Shown: one piece after another, positions 32,857 through 42,675 of the stretch | Layout: each line of letters begins with the position of its first letter | Numbering within the stretch: position 1 is the first letter of the stretch | Assembly (NCBI GenBank): GCA_965199955.1 | Contig: CBDATQ010000001.1 | Location: forward strand, 928,001 to 992,000 | Length of the DNA: 64,000 nucleotides | Source: Spirochaetia bacterium | GTDB lineage: Bacteria > Spirochaetota > Spirochaetia > SZUA-6 > Bin103 | Direction: 5' to 3' | The notes under the pieces: generated by a model | The model's database searches: none | What the model was told of the DNA's origin: nothing | The model's input: only the letters and a program-made list of their open reading frames with translations | Program-made: the position numbers and the translations under genes

Positions 32857-34071
32857 TCAACGCAACAGGTGCCGGAACGCCGGTTCGCGGTTGAACAGGA
32901 TGCGGTTGGAGTCGTGGAAGTTGCGCGCGCCGCGATAGGCGGTGCGCACGACGTAGATCAGGTCGTCGCCGTCGAAGCGCCAGTCCACGTACTGAAAGCC
33001 GGTCAGGCGCAGGGAGTCCTCCGGCCGCAGGCCGCTCTCGTCGACCATGAGCCGCTTCACCGTCCGCCACCTCACCAGGTCGTCGGAGGCGCACAGCCAC
33101 ACCTCGTTGCGCTGCCGCGGGTGCTTGTTCAGCCCCTCGCCCGGCGGCTGCGCCGCCTGCCAGGTGGCGATCAGCCAGTCGGGGTCCGTCACCGCGTTGG
33201 CCAAGGTCAGGTAGGTGCCGGTCACCGGGTCGCGGCGCAGCGTGAACTTGGCCTTGGCGCCGGGGAAGGCGACGAAGCCGCCCGCCCCGGCGGGTTCCGC
33301 GGGGTCGGGATTGGCGCCCGGATCGAAGCTGATCCGCTCGCCCTCGCCGTCGATCCGCACCATCGCCGCCGTGTCCTGCGCCAGCGGGCGCGCCTCGAAG
33401 GTCAGCACGTCCCAGAGCTGCCCGTCGGGCGCGGCCACCACGTTGCCCTCGCGCCAGCCCGGCTGGGTGACCGGCCCCCAGGCCGCCAGCGTCCATGATG
33501 GCGTGAACGGCAGCTTGTTGCTGATCCGCCAGTTGGCGGCATCCAGCAGGTCGGCGTCGACCGGCGCGGAGATGACGCAGGCCTGGAAGCCGGTGCCCCA
33601 CACGCAGGGGTCGCAGTCCTCGAACGCCTTGTAGATGCGGCCCTCGTGCTCCAGCACCGCCACCGGCGCGCAGTGGTAATTGGGTGCTACCCTGAACGGC
33701 CCGCCGGGGAACAGCAGCCCGCTGCCCGCGTCGTTGGGATGGGTCCAGCGGAAGCCGCCGTCGTCGCTGCGGCGGATGACGATGGAGCCGTACTGCTGGG
33801 AAACGCCGAGCAGGTAGACGGAGCCGCCGTGCACGAACAGACTGCTCCAGTAGGCGTTCATCACGTGGGTGATGTTGCTCCAGGTGGCGCCGTCGTCCTC
33901 GGACCGGTGGACGCTGGTCAGGCTCTCCTCGTCCTCATGGTTGCGCGGGCAGCCGGGGCCGAAGTGGTCGTGGGTGGAAAGCAGGGCGCCGTCGGGAAGC
34001 CGGACGATGCTGGGGCTCCCCAGGAAGGTGACGCTCCGCTCCGGCTGATACTTGATCTGGACGGGTTTCAT
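32857..34071 (-). CDS. Sialidase-like BNR/Asp-box beta-propeller protein
   Basis: Asp boxes SEDDGATW and SDDGGFRW; FQYVDW. Confidence 0.75.
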   Translation of the reverse strand: MKPVQIKYQPERSVTFLGSPSIVRLPDGALLSTHDHFGPGCPRNHEDEESLTSVHRSEDDGATWSNITHVMNAYWSSLFVHGGSVYLLGVSQQYGSIVIRRSDDGGFRWTHPNDAGSGLLFPGGPFRVAPNYHCAPVAVLEHEGRIYKAFEDCDPCVWGTGFQACVISAPVDADLLDAANWRISNKLPFTPSWTLAAWGPVTQPGWREGNVVAAPDGQLWDVLTFEARPLAQDTAAMVRIDGEGERISFDPGANPDPAEPAGAGGFVAFPGAKAKFTLRRDPVTGTYLTLANAVTDPDWLIATWQAAQPPGEGLNKHPRQRNEVWLCASDDLVRWRTVKRLMVDESGLRPEDSLRLTGFQYVDWRFDGDDLIYVVRTAYRGARNFHDSNRILFNREPAFRHLLR

Positions 34072-34141
34072 GCCGGCGGCACTATAGCGCGTCCGCTCGA
34101 TGGCAGGAACCGCGGATCTTTGCGCTACGATGGGCGCCGCC

Positions 34142-34618
34142 GTGAATGAGACGGGACGCATCGCACGGCTCCTGGAGCAGACCTTCGAGGGGCCGGCCTA
34201 CTACGGGCCGTCGGTGCTGGGCGCCCTGGCGGGCGTCGACGCCGCGACCGCGGCGCGCAGGCCGGCGTCGGGAGCGCACAGCATCTGGGAGATCGTCTCC
34301 CACCTGACCGCGGAGCTGGACTATGCGCTCAGCGTCGGCGGCGGGTCGCCGGAGGCGTGGACCGCGGGGGAAACCACGTGGCCGCCGGTCACCGACACCT
34401 CCGCCGCGGCATGGCGGACGGCGCTGGCGGACCTGCGGCGAGCCAATCGGGCGCTGGCGCGCCGCATCGAAGGGCTCGACGACGACGTCCTGGGGCGTCA
34501 GCCGCCGGTAGTCAGCGGCCCGTTCTACGTCACCCTGCACGGCACCATCCAGCACAGCGTCTACCACGCCGGCCAGATCGCCCTGCTGAAGAGGGAGAGC
34601 GGGCCGCCAAGCCGCTGA
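34142..34618 (+). CDS. DinB-family protein
   Basis: HSIWEIVSH, HSVYHAGQI. Confidence 0.85.
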   Translation: MNETGRIARLLEQTFEGPAYYGPSVLGALAGVDAATAARRPASGAHSIWEIVSHLTAELDYALSVGGGSPEAWTAGETTWPPVTDTSAAAWRTALADLRRANRALARRIEGLDDDVLGRQPPVVSGPFYVTLHGTIQHSVYHAGQIALLKRESGPPSR

Positions 34619-34741
34619 TTCGGCAGCGCTGCTACTGGCGGACTCTGAGCCGTCCTGGTTCAGCGGTGACGATCGCTCCATCCCCGGGGACGAAAAGGGG
34701 TTCTACCCGCTCGCGACCGACGACGCGGCGGGCGTACGCCG

Positions 34742-35473
34742 TCACCGGATGTAGGAGAACGACCCACTCTTGATCCAGCGGCGTTGGGCGGGAACCTGGA
34801 CGATGCGGTCCTCTTCGAGGACGTAGGCGCTCAGCGCGTTGCCGAAGACGCAGCCCGAGTCGAGCGCTACCAGCCCGGGGCGGGACCCGTTCTCGGCCCT
34901 CGGGAATCGCTTGATGAGGAGCCCTTGCGGTGCGTCGTGGCCGTACACGATCGGCCTGCCGGGGATGACGTGGCGCTGGTCCAGGTGCTCGTGCCAGCGC
35001 GGGCCGGTGATGCCGCCGTCGGGCGGCCAGGTGCGTATCTTCAGGAACTGGTCGCGCGTGGTGCCAACGAGCCCGCGCTCGGGGTCGATGCCGGCGTGCA
35101 CGAGGAGGAAGCCGGGCTCCTCGATGTAGAGCGGCAGCGCCGCGAGCCACGAGATCAGCTCCTGGCCCTGCGTTGCCAGCGCGCGCAGGGTCTGGTTGCG
35201 GTCGCTGTAGGCCGGCCTGGGATCGCTGCCGGCGGCGATCGCGCGGAGCTCGCCGACCAGCTCGTCGTCGTGGTTGCCCATCACCATCTCCGCGCCGCTG
35301 CCGCGGATTCGCTGCCAGACGCCAAGCGGGTCGGGCCCGCGCGTGAAGGCGTCCCCGGTCAGCAGAAGCCGGTCCCGGCCGGGCGCGTATTCGACCTTGG
35401 TCAGCAGGGCGTCGAGCTCCGCGCAGCAGCCGTGCACGTCGCCCACGAATATCGTTCTTCGGTCGCCTCGCAT
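34742..35473 (-). CDS. Calcineurin-like metallophosphoesterase (ApaH/PrpE-like)
   Basis: GDVHG, GD..RG, GNH, HAG, GH, LDSGCVFG. Confidence 0.88.
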   Translation of the reverse strand: MRGDRRTIFVGDVHGCCAELDALLTKVEYAPGRDRLLLTGDAFTRGPDPLGVWQRIRGSGAEMVMGNHDDELVGELRAIAAGSDPRPAYSDRNQTLRALATQGQELISWLAALPLYIEEPGFLLVHAGIDPERGLVGTTRDQFLKIRTWPPDGGITGPRWHEHLDQRHVIPGRPIVYGHDAPQGLLIKRFPRAENGSRPGLVALDSGCVFGNALSAYVLEEDRIVQVPAQRRWIKSGSFSYIR

Positions 35474-35507
35474 CGGTCCGTTGTCGCGCGCCGGCTGGCC
35501 GGCCGCG

Positions 35508-36569
35508 CTACATCTCCGCCCGCAGCATTTCTGCCGCGCGCGTCATGTTGCCGAGCTTCTGGTAGATCTCGTCGAGCGGGATGTCGAAATAGGTGCCGGG
35601 CGAGAACCCGCAGTCGGGGTGCAGCGCCGTGCGCTCCGGGCCGACGATCTTCGCGGTCTCCCGCGCGCGGGCGGCGATCTGCTCCGGGGTGTCCACCTCG
35701 AAGGTCTTCGACGCCACGCAGCCGCAGCCCACGTCCATGCGCTCGGGCAGGCCGCGCAGGAGCTCGCGGTCGTAGTCGTCGAACTGCAGCATCTCGAACA
35801 TCGGCATGTCGATGTGCAAGCGCTCGAAGCCCGGCAGCATCGTGTCGTAGCGCGGCACCTGGTCCGACCCGATATGGCGCTTGCCGCACAGGTGCAGGGA
35901 GGTGTAGATGCCGTCTATGCCGTCCACCACGCGGTTGAGGGTGTCCACGGAGTCGAACAGCGCGTCACGATACGCCTGCGACTCCGGCTCCTCGCCATGG
36001 ACGCCGCCGATGCGGGTGTCGTCGAACTGCACGTAGCGGACGCCCGCGTCGCGCAGCAACTCCACCTCGCGCCGGATGATCGGCACCATGACCTCGATGA
36101 ACTCGCGTTCGGAGTAGTGCTCGGGCGACTTGACCGGGTCCCACAGGAAGCTGGCGGTCAGGTGCGGCGTGGGCAGCGCTACCCGCACGGCCTTGCTGGT
36201 GTGGCGGCGCAGCTTGCTCGCTTCCTCCGCGAACAGCCCCTCGCGGGTGGGGGCGACCGGGCCGACGACCGCGTAGCCGACGCGGGCTTCGTGCCGGAAC
36301 GAGTCGAGCGGCACCTTGAACTGCTCGACGCCGATGAGCATCTCGGCGATCACGCCGACGTAGGACTTGCGCCGCCACTCGCCGTCGGAGATGACGTCGA
36401 CGCCGGCGGCTTCCTGCAGTGCGGCGACGTAGGGGATGGATCGGTCCATCAGGTCGAGCAGGTCGCCTTCGCCGGTGCCCTCGACGAGGTTGCGGTCGAC
36501 CCGGTCGCGAAAGAACTTCGGCCGCGGCATGGAGCCGACCACGGTGGTCAGGAACGGTCTGTCGAGCAT
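35508..36569 (-). CDS. Cobalamin-independent methionine synthase II family (core domain)
   Basis: TTVVGSMPRP, SDGEWRR, HLC, PDCG zinc ligands. Confidence 0.85.
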   Translation of the reverse strand: MLDRPFLTTVVGSMPRPKFFRDRVDRNLVEGTGEGDLLDLMDRSIPYVAALQEAAGVDVISDGEWRRKSYVGVIAEMLIGVEQFKVPLDSFRHEARVGYAVVGPVAPTREGLFAEEASKLRRHTSKAVRVALPTPHLTASFLWDPVKSPEHYSEREFIEVMVPIIRREVELLRDAGVRYVQFDDTRIGGVHGEEPESQAYRDALFDSVDTLNRVVDGIDGIYTSLHLCGKRHIGSDQVPRYDTMLPGFERLHIDMPMFEMLQFDDYDRELLRGLPERMDVGCGCVASKTFEVDTPEQIAARARETAKIVGPERTALHPDCGFSPGTYFDIPLDEIYQKLGNMTRAAEMLRAEM

Positions 36570-36729
36570 GGTTGGCCAGTGTACCCCCTTGCAGCCGCGG
36601 CCGCAGCGCGGGTGGGAGAGCTCGTCGCGGGCCGGGGCGGTCGGCATGCCGGAACAGACCGTCGATACTGCCCGAGCCTCTGGGCTGAACCGGCCGATCC
36701 GATGGCTGATTGAAAGTTAAAGTTGCAAT

Positions 36730-37470
36730 TTGCCAATCAGGGAGTTGGACCGGATCCTGTACCAAGGTCTGTTTCCCCGCATTCACGATCGTGGTCTGGA
36801 CGCCGCCGACTGGCTCGGCTCCTACTACACCGCCTACGTGGAGCGCGACGTCCGTGACCTTGGCGGCGTCGGCGACCTGGACACGTTCCGCCGGTTCGTG
36901 CAGCTCTGCGCGGGCCGAAGCGGGCAGCTCCTGAACCTCTCGTCACTCGGGTCCGACTGCGGCATCTCCCACACCACCGCCGGTGCCTGGATCTCCGTGC
37001 TGCAGGCGCTGTTCGTCGTGCACCTCCTGCCACCGCATCATCGCAACTTCTCGAAGCGCGTCATCAAGAGCCCGAAGCTCTACTTCCTGGATGCGGGTCT
37101 GCTGTGCAACCTGCTCCGCATCCGTGAACCCGCACAGATCGCCGTGCATGCCAGTCGCGGAGCGATATTCGAGACGTTCGTGGTGAGCGAATACCTCAAG
37201 GCGTTCACCCACCGGGGCGTCAGCTCGCCCTTGTACTTCTGGCGAGACCGTACCGGTCACGAGGTCGATCTGGTGATCGACGACGGCACGCGCCTGCTGC
37301 CGGTCGAGATGAAAGCTGGTCTCACGCTCAGCGGGGCGCTTTACGACGGCCTGGACTGGTTCTGCGCTCGCGGCGATCCCGCTGCCCGGCACGGTGTGCT
37401 GGTGTACGGTGGCGACGAGTGCTTCCAACGGCGCGGCCACACCACGCGTCCGTGGCACGCGTGCGTCTGA
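36730..37470 (+). pseudogene. AAA_14-DUF4143 ATPase, 5'-truncated
   Basis: GLFP, YVERD, KSPKLYFLDAG, EVDLV, PVEMK; no Walker A/B domain. Confidence 0.75.
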
Positions 37471-37545
37471 TACCGCCGTTCCGGCGAGCATGGCGATAAC
37501 GCACGTCCGCAGACTTCGGCGTGTGCGATGGCCGACCATGCGCTG

Positions 37546-38619
37546 CTACATCCCGTCGACGCTGGTGGCGGCGGCGACCCGCCAGACGCCGCGCGCGGCG
37601 GGGGTGGTGCCGTCGCAGCCCTCGTAGACCATTCCGTAGCCGGGTGGCTGGCCGCCGCGGGCGGGGAGCGGAAAGATGCACATCTCCGAGGACTTCGCCC
37701 GGTCCCAGGTGCCGCCGGGCGAGAGCACCGGCTCCGCCGCCCGCTCCCAGGTGAGCCCGTCGTCGGACAGAGCGGTCATCAGGCGTTGACCGCCGCCCTG
37801 CTGCGCCGGCCGGTCGTCCGCGTTGGCGACGAAGTAGATCCGGTAGCGGCCGTCAGGGAGCACGACGAGGTCGGGCGCGAAGGTGCTCGGGTCCCCGGGG
37901 AAGCGCGGCCCCCGCTCCAGCTCGAACGTCATCCCCTCCGAGGAGATCGCGCTGACGATGCCGACGCCGCGCTGCGTCACGTACAGGCGCAGGCGACCGT
38001 CGCCCAGGAAGAGGATGCGCGGCGCCATGATGTTGGCGCCTGCCACCTGCAGCCGGGCGCCCGGCTCCGGCTTCCAGTCGAGCCCGTCGTCGCTGACCGC
38101 GCTGCGGATCGAGTTCTGCACGCCCTGCGATCCCGGGCAGCACTCGTAGTACATGCGCAGCCGGCCGCTGCCGTCCGCCGCCGGGGCGACCTCGCTCGAC
38201 ACGACCCGGAAGTCGCCCGCGCCGCCTTCGGCCGGCGACAGGCGCACGCCCGGCTCCGGGTTCCAGGCCACCCCATCGGCCGAGTGCGCGCTGAGAATGC
38301 GGGTGGTCGCGTTGTCGTAGTCGTTGGCGCCGGTGGGATTTCCCTCGCGTGGCAGGATCTGCGTGTAGTACATCCGCCAGGTCCCGTCGGCCAGCCGCAC
38401 CACCCGCGGGCTGACCGATCCGCACAGGCCGGTGCGCGCCGCCTCTCGCGGCCAGCGGGCGTCGGAAGCGGGGCGGAGATCGTCATCGGGCGGCGCGTCG
38501 ATGGCCGGTTCGGGGCTCTTCCGCCACGCCGTGCCGGGGTCGCTCTCGGCGGCGTGCACCGCCGGCACCGGGTCCGTGGACCGTGTCAGGTCGATCATGG
38601 CCGGGACTGTAGCAGGCAA
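37546..38619 (-). CDS. Five-bladed beta-propeller glycosidase-like protein
   Basis: Repeated RMYY / SAxSxDGxxW blades. Confidence 0.6.
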   Translation of the reverse strand: MPATVPAMIDLTRSTDPVPAVHAAESDPGTAWRKSPEPAIDAPPDDDLRPASDARWPREAARTGLCGSVSPRVVRLADGTWRMYYTQILPREGNPTGANDYDNATTRILSAHSADGVAWNPEPGVRLSPAEGGAGDFRVVSSEVAPAADGSGRLRMYYECCPGSQGVQNSIRSAVSDDGLDWKPEPGARLQVAGANIMAPRILFLGDGRLRLYVTQRGVGIVSAISSEGMTFELERGPRFPGDPSTFAPDLVVLPDGRYRIYFVANADDRPAQQGGGQRLMTALSDDGLTWERAAEPVLSPGGTWDRAKSSEMCIFPLPARGGQPPGYGMVYEGCDGTTPAARGVWRVAAATSVDGM

Positions 38620-38705
38620 CCGGACCGCTGCACGGCATCGTGCCCGGCGGTGGTATCCTGCCGGGCACCATGCGGCCGAATGGTTGGGCCGCGCAGGAGG
38701 TGGAG

Positions 38706-39554
38706 ATGGAGTTTCGATTTGCCGCGTGCACGGCCGGCATGGACGACATACCGCACGCCGAGTTGCAGCGCCTGTACTCGCAGGCCGGATTCGACGCCGT
38801 GGAGCTCATGCACGGCATGCTCCGGCTGCTCACCGTCGAGCAGGCGCAGGCGCTGGGCGACGAGTACCGCGCCGCGGGGGTGCCGGTGGAGACGGTGCAC
38901 CTGCCGTACGAGGGCCCGGCGTTCGACATCGCCGACTTCTACGAGAGCCGCAGGCGCAAGGCGGTCGCGCACATCCGCCACGCCATGGAGCGCGCCGCCG
39001 CGGCGGGCGCGCAGGCGGGGATCCTCCATCCCTCCACCTCGCGCGAGCCGGTGGACGCGAACGGCTTCGAGCGCTACTTCACGCAGATGGCGGCGAGCAT
39101 GAGCGAACTGCTGCGCGAGGCGGAGCGAGTGGACCTGGCGCTCGCGGTGGAGAACCTGCCGCCGGTGCCCGGCCGGCGCTACGGCTCGGTCCCCGATCAC
39201 TTCCGCCGCTTCGCGGGCGAGCTCGCCCACTCCCACCTCTGCTTCTGCCTGGACACCGGCCACGCCCTGATGGCCAACGGTCACGACGGGACCATCGAGT
39301 TGATGGAGGCGATGGGCGACCGGCTGCGCGCCTTCCACCTGTCCGACACCCCGGGCGACCGCGACCTGCACCTGGCGCCCGGCCATGGGGCGGTCGACTT
39401 CCCGCGCGTGTTCGCGCACGCCCGCGGCCTGGACCCGCTGGCCATGTGCATCGAGACCCCGCCGTTCGCGCCCGGCCCCGACTACGGGGACGACGCCTGG
39501 CGGGCGATGGTGGACGAGGTTCGGGCGTTGGCCGCTAGCGCGACAGCGCCGTGA
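38706..39554 (+). CDS. Sugar phosphate isomerase/epimerase (AP endonuclease 2 TIM barrel)
   Basis: AVENL, LDTGH, HLSD, DLHLAPG, IE. Confidence 0.85.
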   Translation: MEFRFAACTAGMDDIPHAELQRLYSQAGFDAVELMHGMLRLLTVEQAQALGDEYRAAGVPVETVHLPYEGPAFDIADFYESRRRKAVAHIRHAMERAAAAGAQAGILHPSTSREPVDANGFERYFTQMAASMSELLREAERVDLALAVENLPPVPGRRYGSVPDHFRRFAGELAHSHLCFCLDTGHALMANGHDGTIELMEAMGDRLRAFHLSDTPGDRDLHLAPGHGAVDFPRVFAHARGLDPLAMCIETPPFAPGPDYGDDAWRAMVDEVRALAASATAP

Positions 39555-39606
39555 TCGGCCGCGTCCTCGCCTCGCCTGGAGATCCCGCACCGGCCTGCCG
39601 GCGGCG

Positions 39607-39966
39607 ATGAGCCCGAAGGTGCGGACCGGCGTCGACCTGGTGGCGATCGCGTTGTTCGAGCGCTCGCTACGCCGCGGCGGCGAACCGTTCCGCCGGCGGC
39701 TGTTCCATCCCACGGAGGCCGCGGGAGCGTCGCCCGAGCGCCTCGCCGGCGTCTTCGCCGCCAAGGAGGCGGCCTTCAAGGCGCTGGAGCTGCCGGCTGG
39801 CCACTGGCACGTGGTCGAGGTCGTCCACCGGCCCGACGGCCGGCCGTGCCTGCGCTTCGCGCCCGAGTACGACGCGTCCCGGATCGCCAGCCTGGACGTG
39901 AGCATCACCCACGACGACACGTACGCGTTCGCTTCCGTCGTCGCGTTGCTGCACGGCGACGCATAG
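39607..39966 (+). CDS. acpS: Holo-ACP synthase
   Basis: GVDLV, FAAKEAAFKAL, GRP, VSITHD. Confidence 0.9.
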   Translation: MSPKVRTGVDLVAIALFERSLRRGGEPFRRRLFHPTEAAGASPERLAGVFAAKEAAFKALELPAGHWHVVEVVHRPDGRPCLRFAPEYDASRIASLDVSITHDDTYAFASVVALLHGDA

Positions 39967-39979
39967 AAGGAGGGACCGG

Positions 39980-42466
39980 ATGGCGCAGACGATCGATCGT
40001 TTCCTGGAGGACGCGGCGCGCCGCTTCGAGGAGCGGCCGGCGCTGTCGTTCAAACCGGGCTTCCGCTACCTGCACTGGAGCTACCGGGACGTCTGGGAGG
40101 GCGCCGGCCGCGTCGCGTCGCTGCTGCAGCAGCGCGGGGTCGCCAAGGGCGACCGCGTGATCGTCTGGGGGCCGAACTCCCCGCACTGGGTGCTCGCCTA
40201 CTTCGGCATGATCCGCGCCGGCGCCATCGTCGTGCCGCTGGACATGCGCTCGACGGCGGAGTTCGCCGAGCAGGTGCGCGCCAAGACCGATCCGACAGCC
40301 GCCTTCGTGTCGCGGCTCACGCCGCCGGAGCACGAGGCCATGGGGCTGCCCGCGATCTACTTCGAGGAGCTGGAGGAGCAGAGCTACCCCCTCGGCGAGC
40401 CGCGGCCGGTGGAGCTCGCCGGCGAGGACCTGGCCGAGATCATGTTCACCTCCGGCACCACCGGCGACGCCAAGGGGGTGATGCTCACCCACGGCAACCT
40501 GCTGTCCAACCTGGAGTCGGTCCTCAAGGTCATCCCCGGCGACCCGTCGCTGCGCCTGCTGTCGCTGCTGCCGCTCAGCCACATGTTCGAACAGATGGGG
40601 TCGCTGTTCTCGGCGTTCAGCTTCGGGGCGAACATCACCTTCGCCACCAGCCGGCAGCCGTCGGTCCTGCTGAAGCTGATGCAGGAGCGCAGGATCACGA
40701 TGATGCTGCTGGTGCCGCAGGCGCTCGACCTGTTCATGAAGGGCATCGAGCGGGAGGTGGTCAACCGCGGCAAGGAGCGGGTGTGGGAGCTGTCGCAGAA
40801 GCTGGCCCGCAACTTGCCGGTGGGGCTGCGCCGGCGCGTGTTCGGCCAGATCCACGCCCGCTTCGGCGGCAGCCTGCGGACCATCGTCTCCGGCGGCGCC
40901 GCCCTGGACCGGACGCTGGGCGAGAAGTGGAACCTGATCGGCATCAATGTCCTGCAGGGCTACGGCGCCACCGAGGCGTCGCCGGTGATCAGCACCCACC
41001 CGCTGGACGATCCCCGCTTCGACTCGGTGGGCAGGCCGGTGCCGGGCGTCGACGTGCGCATCGCCGACGACGGCGAGATCCTGGTGCGCGGGCCGAACAT
41101 CACGCAGGGCTACTGGCAGGCGCCGGAGCAGACGGCGCGCGCCTTCGACGGGGAGTGGTACAAGACCGGCGACCAGGGCTTCCTGGACGCGGAAGGATAC
41201 CTCCATATCAAGGGCCGCAAGAAGGACATGATCGTCCTGGCCGACGGGCGCAATGTCTATCCCGAGGACGTGGAGGAGGTACTGAAGGCCGCCCCCGCGG
41301 TCACCGACGCGACCGTGGTCGGGCTCGACGCCGACGGCGGACCGCAGGTACACGCGGTCTTCCTGCTGGAGGAGCCGGAGGAGGCCTCCGCCATCGTCAG
41401 GCGCGCCAACGAGCGGCTGGGCGAGCACCAGCGCATCCGCGGCTTCACCGTGTGGCCGGAGGCGGACTTCCCGCGCACCCATACGCTCAAGGTCAAGAAG
41501 GCGGTGGTCATCGAGGCGCTGAGCGGGGGCGCGGGCGACGCCGAGGGGCCTTCGGCCAAGCGGTCCAAGGCCGCCGCGGACGGGGATCCCGGCGAGCGGC
41601 TGGTGCGGCTGGTGTCCGAGGTGAGCGGCGTCCCGCAGGAGCAGCTCCTGCCGGAGAAGAGCCTGGGCGGCGACCTCGACCTGGACTCCCTCAAGCGCGT
41701 CGAGCTGCTGTCCGTGATCGAGCAGGAGCTGGGCGTCTACATCGACGAGTCGCTGGTCGGCTCCAACACCACGTTCGGCGAGCTGCTCCGGCTGTTGCGC
41801 TCGCAGGAGGAGGCGAAGGCGGCGCTGCCGCCGTTCTACACGTGGCCGCTCTCGATCTGGTTCGCGGCGGTGCGCGAGGCGGTGTTCCGGCTGGTACTCA
41901 CGCCCGTGCTGAGCTTCGTGTACCGGGTGCGGGTACAGGGCCGCGAGCACCTGCGCGACCTGTCCGGCGCCGTGCTGTTCGCGGCCAACCACAACGCCAT
42001 CCGCATGGACAGCCTGGTGCTGATCAAGGCCACGCCGCGGCGCTGGCGGCGCCAGCTCGCCTTTGCCGCCGCCGCGGAGATCACCTTCGGCAACCGCTGG
42101 CGGGGGATCCTGGCCGCGCTGGTCGCCAACGCCTTTCCGCTCTCACGCGAGAGCGCCGTCCGCGCCAGCCTGCAGCACATGGGCCGGCTGATGGACGAGG
42201 GCTGGAGCGTCGTGCTCTTTCCCGAGGGCGAGCAGCGGCTCGGCCAGCCCATGCTGCCGTTCCAGAGCGGCACCGGCATGCTCGGCGTCGAGTCGCGCAC
42301 CCCGGTCGTCCCCGTGCACATCGTCAGGGAGCGGGCGCGCGGGATCCTGCCCGGATCGTGGCGGGCGCGCGTGTCGGTCCGCTTCGGCGCGCCGCTGATC
42401 TTTCCGCCGGGGACCTCGTACATCGACGCGACGCAGGCCATCGAGGACGCGGTCAAGGCGCTCTGA
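39980..42466 (+). CDS. Acyl-AMP ligase - ACP - PlsC acyltransferase tri-domain protein
   Basis: FTSGTTGDAKG, GYGATE, TGD, GRKK; ACP motif DLDSL; acyltransferase NH...D and FPEG. Confidence 0.9.
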   Translation: MAQTIDRFLEDAARRFEERPALSFKPGFRYLHWSYRDVWEGAGRVASLLQQRGVAKGDRVIVWGPNSPHWVLAYFGMIRAGAIVVPLDMRSTAEFAEQVRAKTDPTAAFVSRLTPPEHEAMGLPAIYFEELEEQSYPLGEPRPVELAGEDLAEIMFTSGTTGDAKGVMLTHGNLLSNLESVLKVIPGDPSLRLLSLLPLSHMFEQMGSLFSAFSFGANITFATSRQPSVLLKLMQERRITMMLLVPQALDLFMKGIEREVVNRGKERVWELSQKLARNLPVGLRRRVFGQIHARFGGSLRTIVSGGAALDRTLGEKWNLIGINVLQGYGATEASPVISTHPLDDPRFDSVGRPVPGVDVRIADDGEILVRGPNITQGYWQAPEQTARAFDGEWYKTGDQGFLDAEGYLHIKGRKKDMIVLADGRNVYPEDVEEVLKAAPAVTDATVVGLDADGGPQVHAVFLLEEPEEASAIVRRANERLGEHQRIRGFTVWPEADFPRTHTLKVKKAVVIEALSGGAGDAEGPSAKRSKAAADGDPGERLVRLVSEVSGVPQEQLLPEKSLGGDLDLDSLKRVELLSVIEQELGVYIDESLVGSNTTFGELLRLLRSQEEAKAALPPFYTWPLSIWFAAVREAVFRLVLTPVLSFVYRVRVQGREHLRDLSGAVLFAANHNAIRMDSLVLIKATPRRWRRQLAFAAAAEITFGNRWRGILAALVANAFPLSRESAVRASLQHMGRLMDEGWSVVLFPEGEQRLGQPMLPFQSGTGMLGVESRTPVVPVHIVRERARGILPGSWRARVSVRFGAPLIFPPGTSYIDATQAIEDAVKAL

Positions 42467-42484
42467 GGTTCGGGCTGCGACGGG

Positions 42485-42577
42485 CCGCACGGCGGCCATG
42501 AAGGCGCCATCGTAGCTGCTGTCCCTCTCGGCAAACGCCGCGAGCATCGCGTGGTGCGGAGGAGTCGTGGGAGCCAT
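42485..42577 (-). pseudogene. Ada zinc-binding N-terminal remnant
   Basis: AMLAAFAERDSSYDGAFMAAVR; ends before the TTGIxCRPSC motif. Confidence 0.65.
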
Positions 42578-42675
42578 GAGCCAACCGTAATCGGGGGCGG
42601 AGCATCGCGGCCACCGCAGAATGAACGGCAAGTCGGCCGTCTTCGTTCGATGGACGCTGCGCTATCGTAGGCGTC

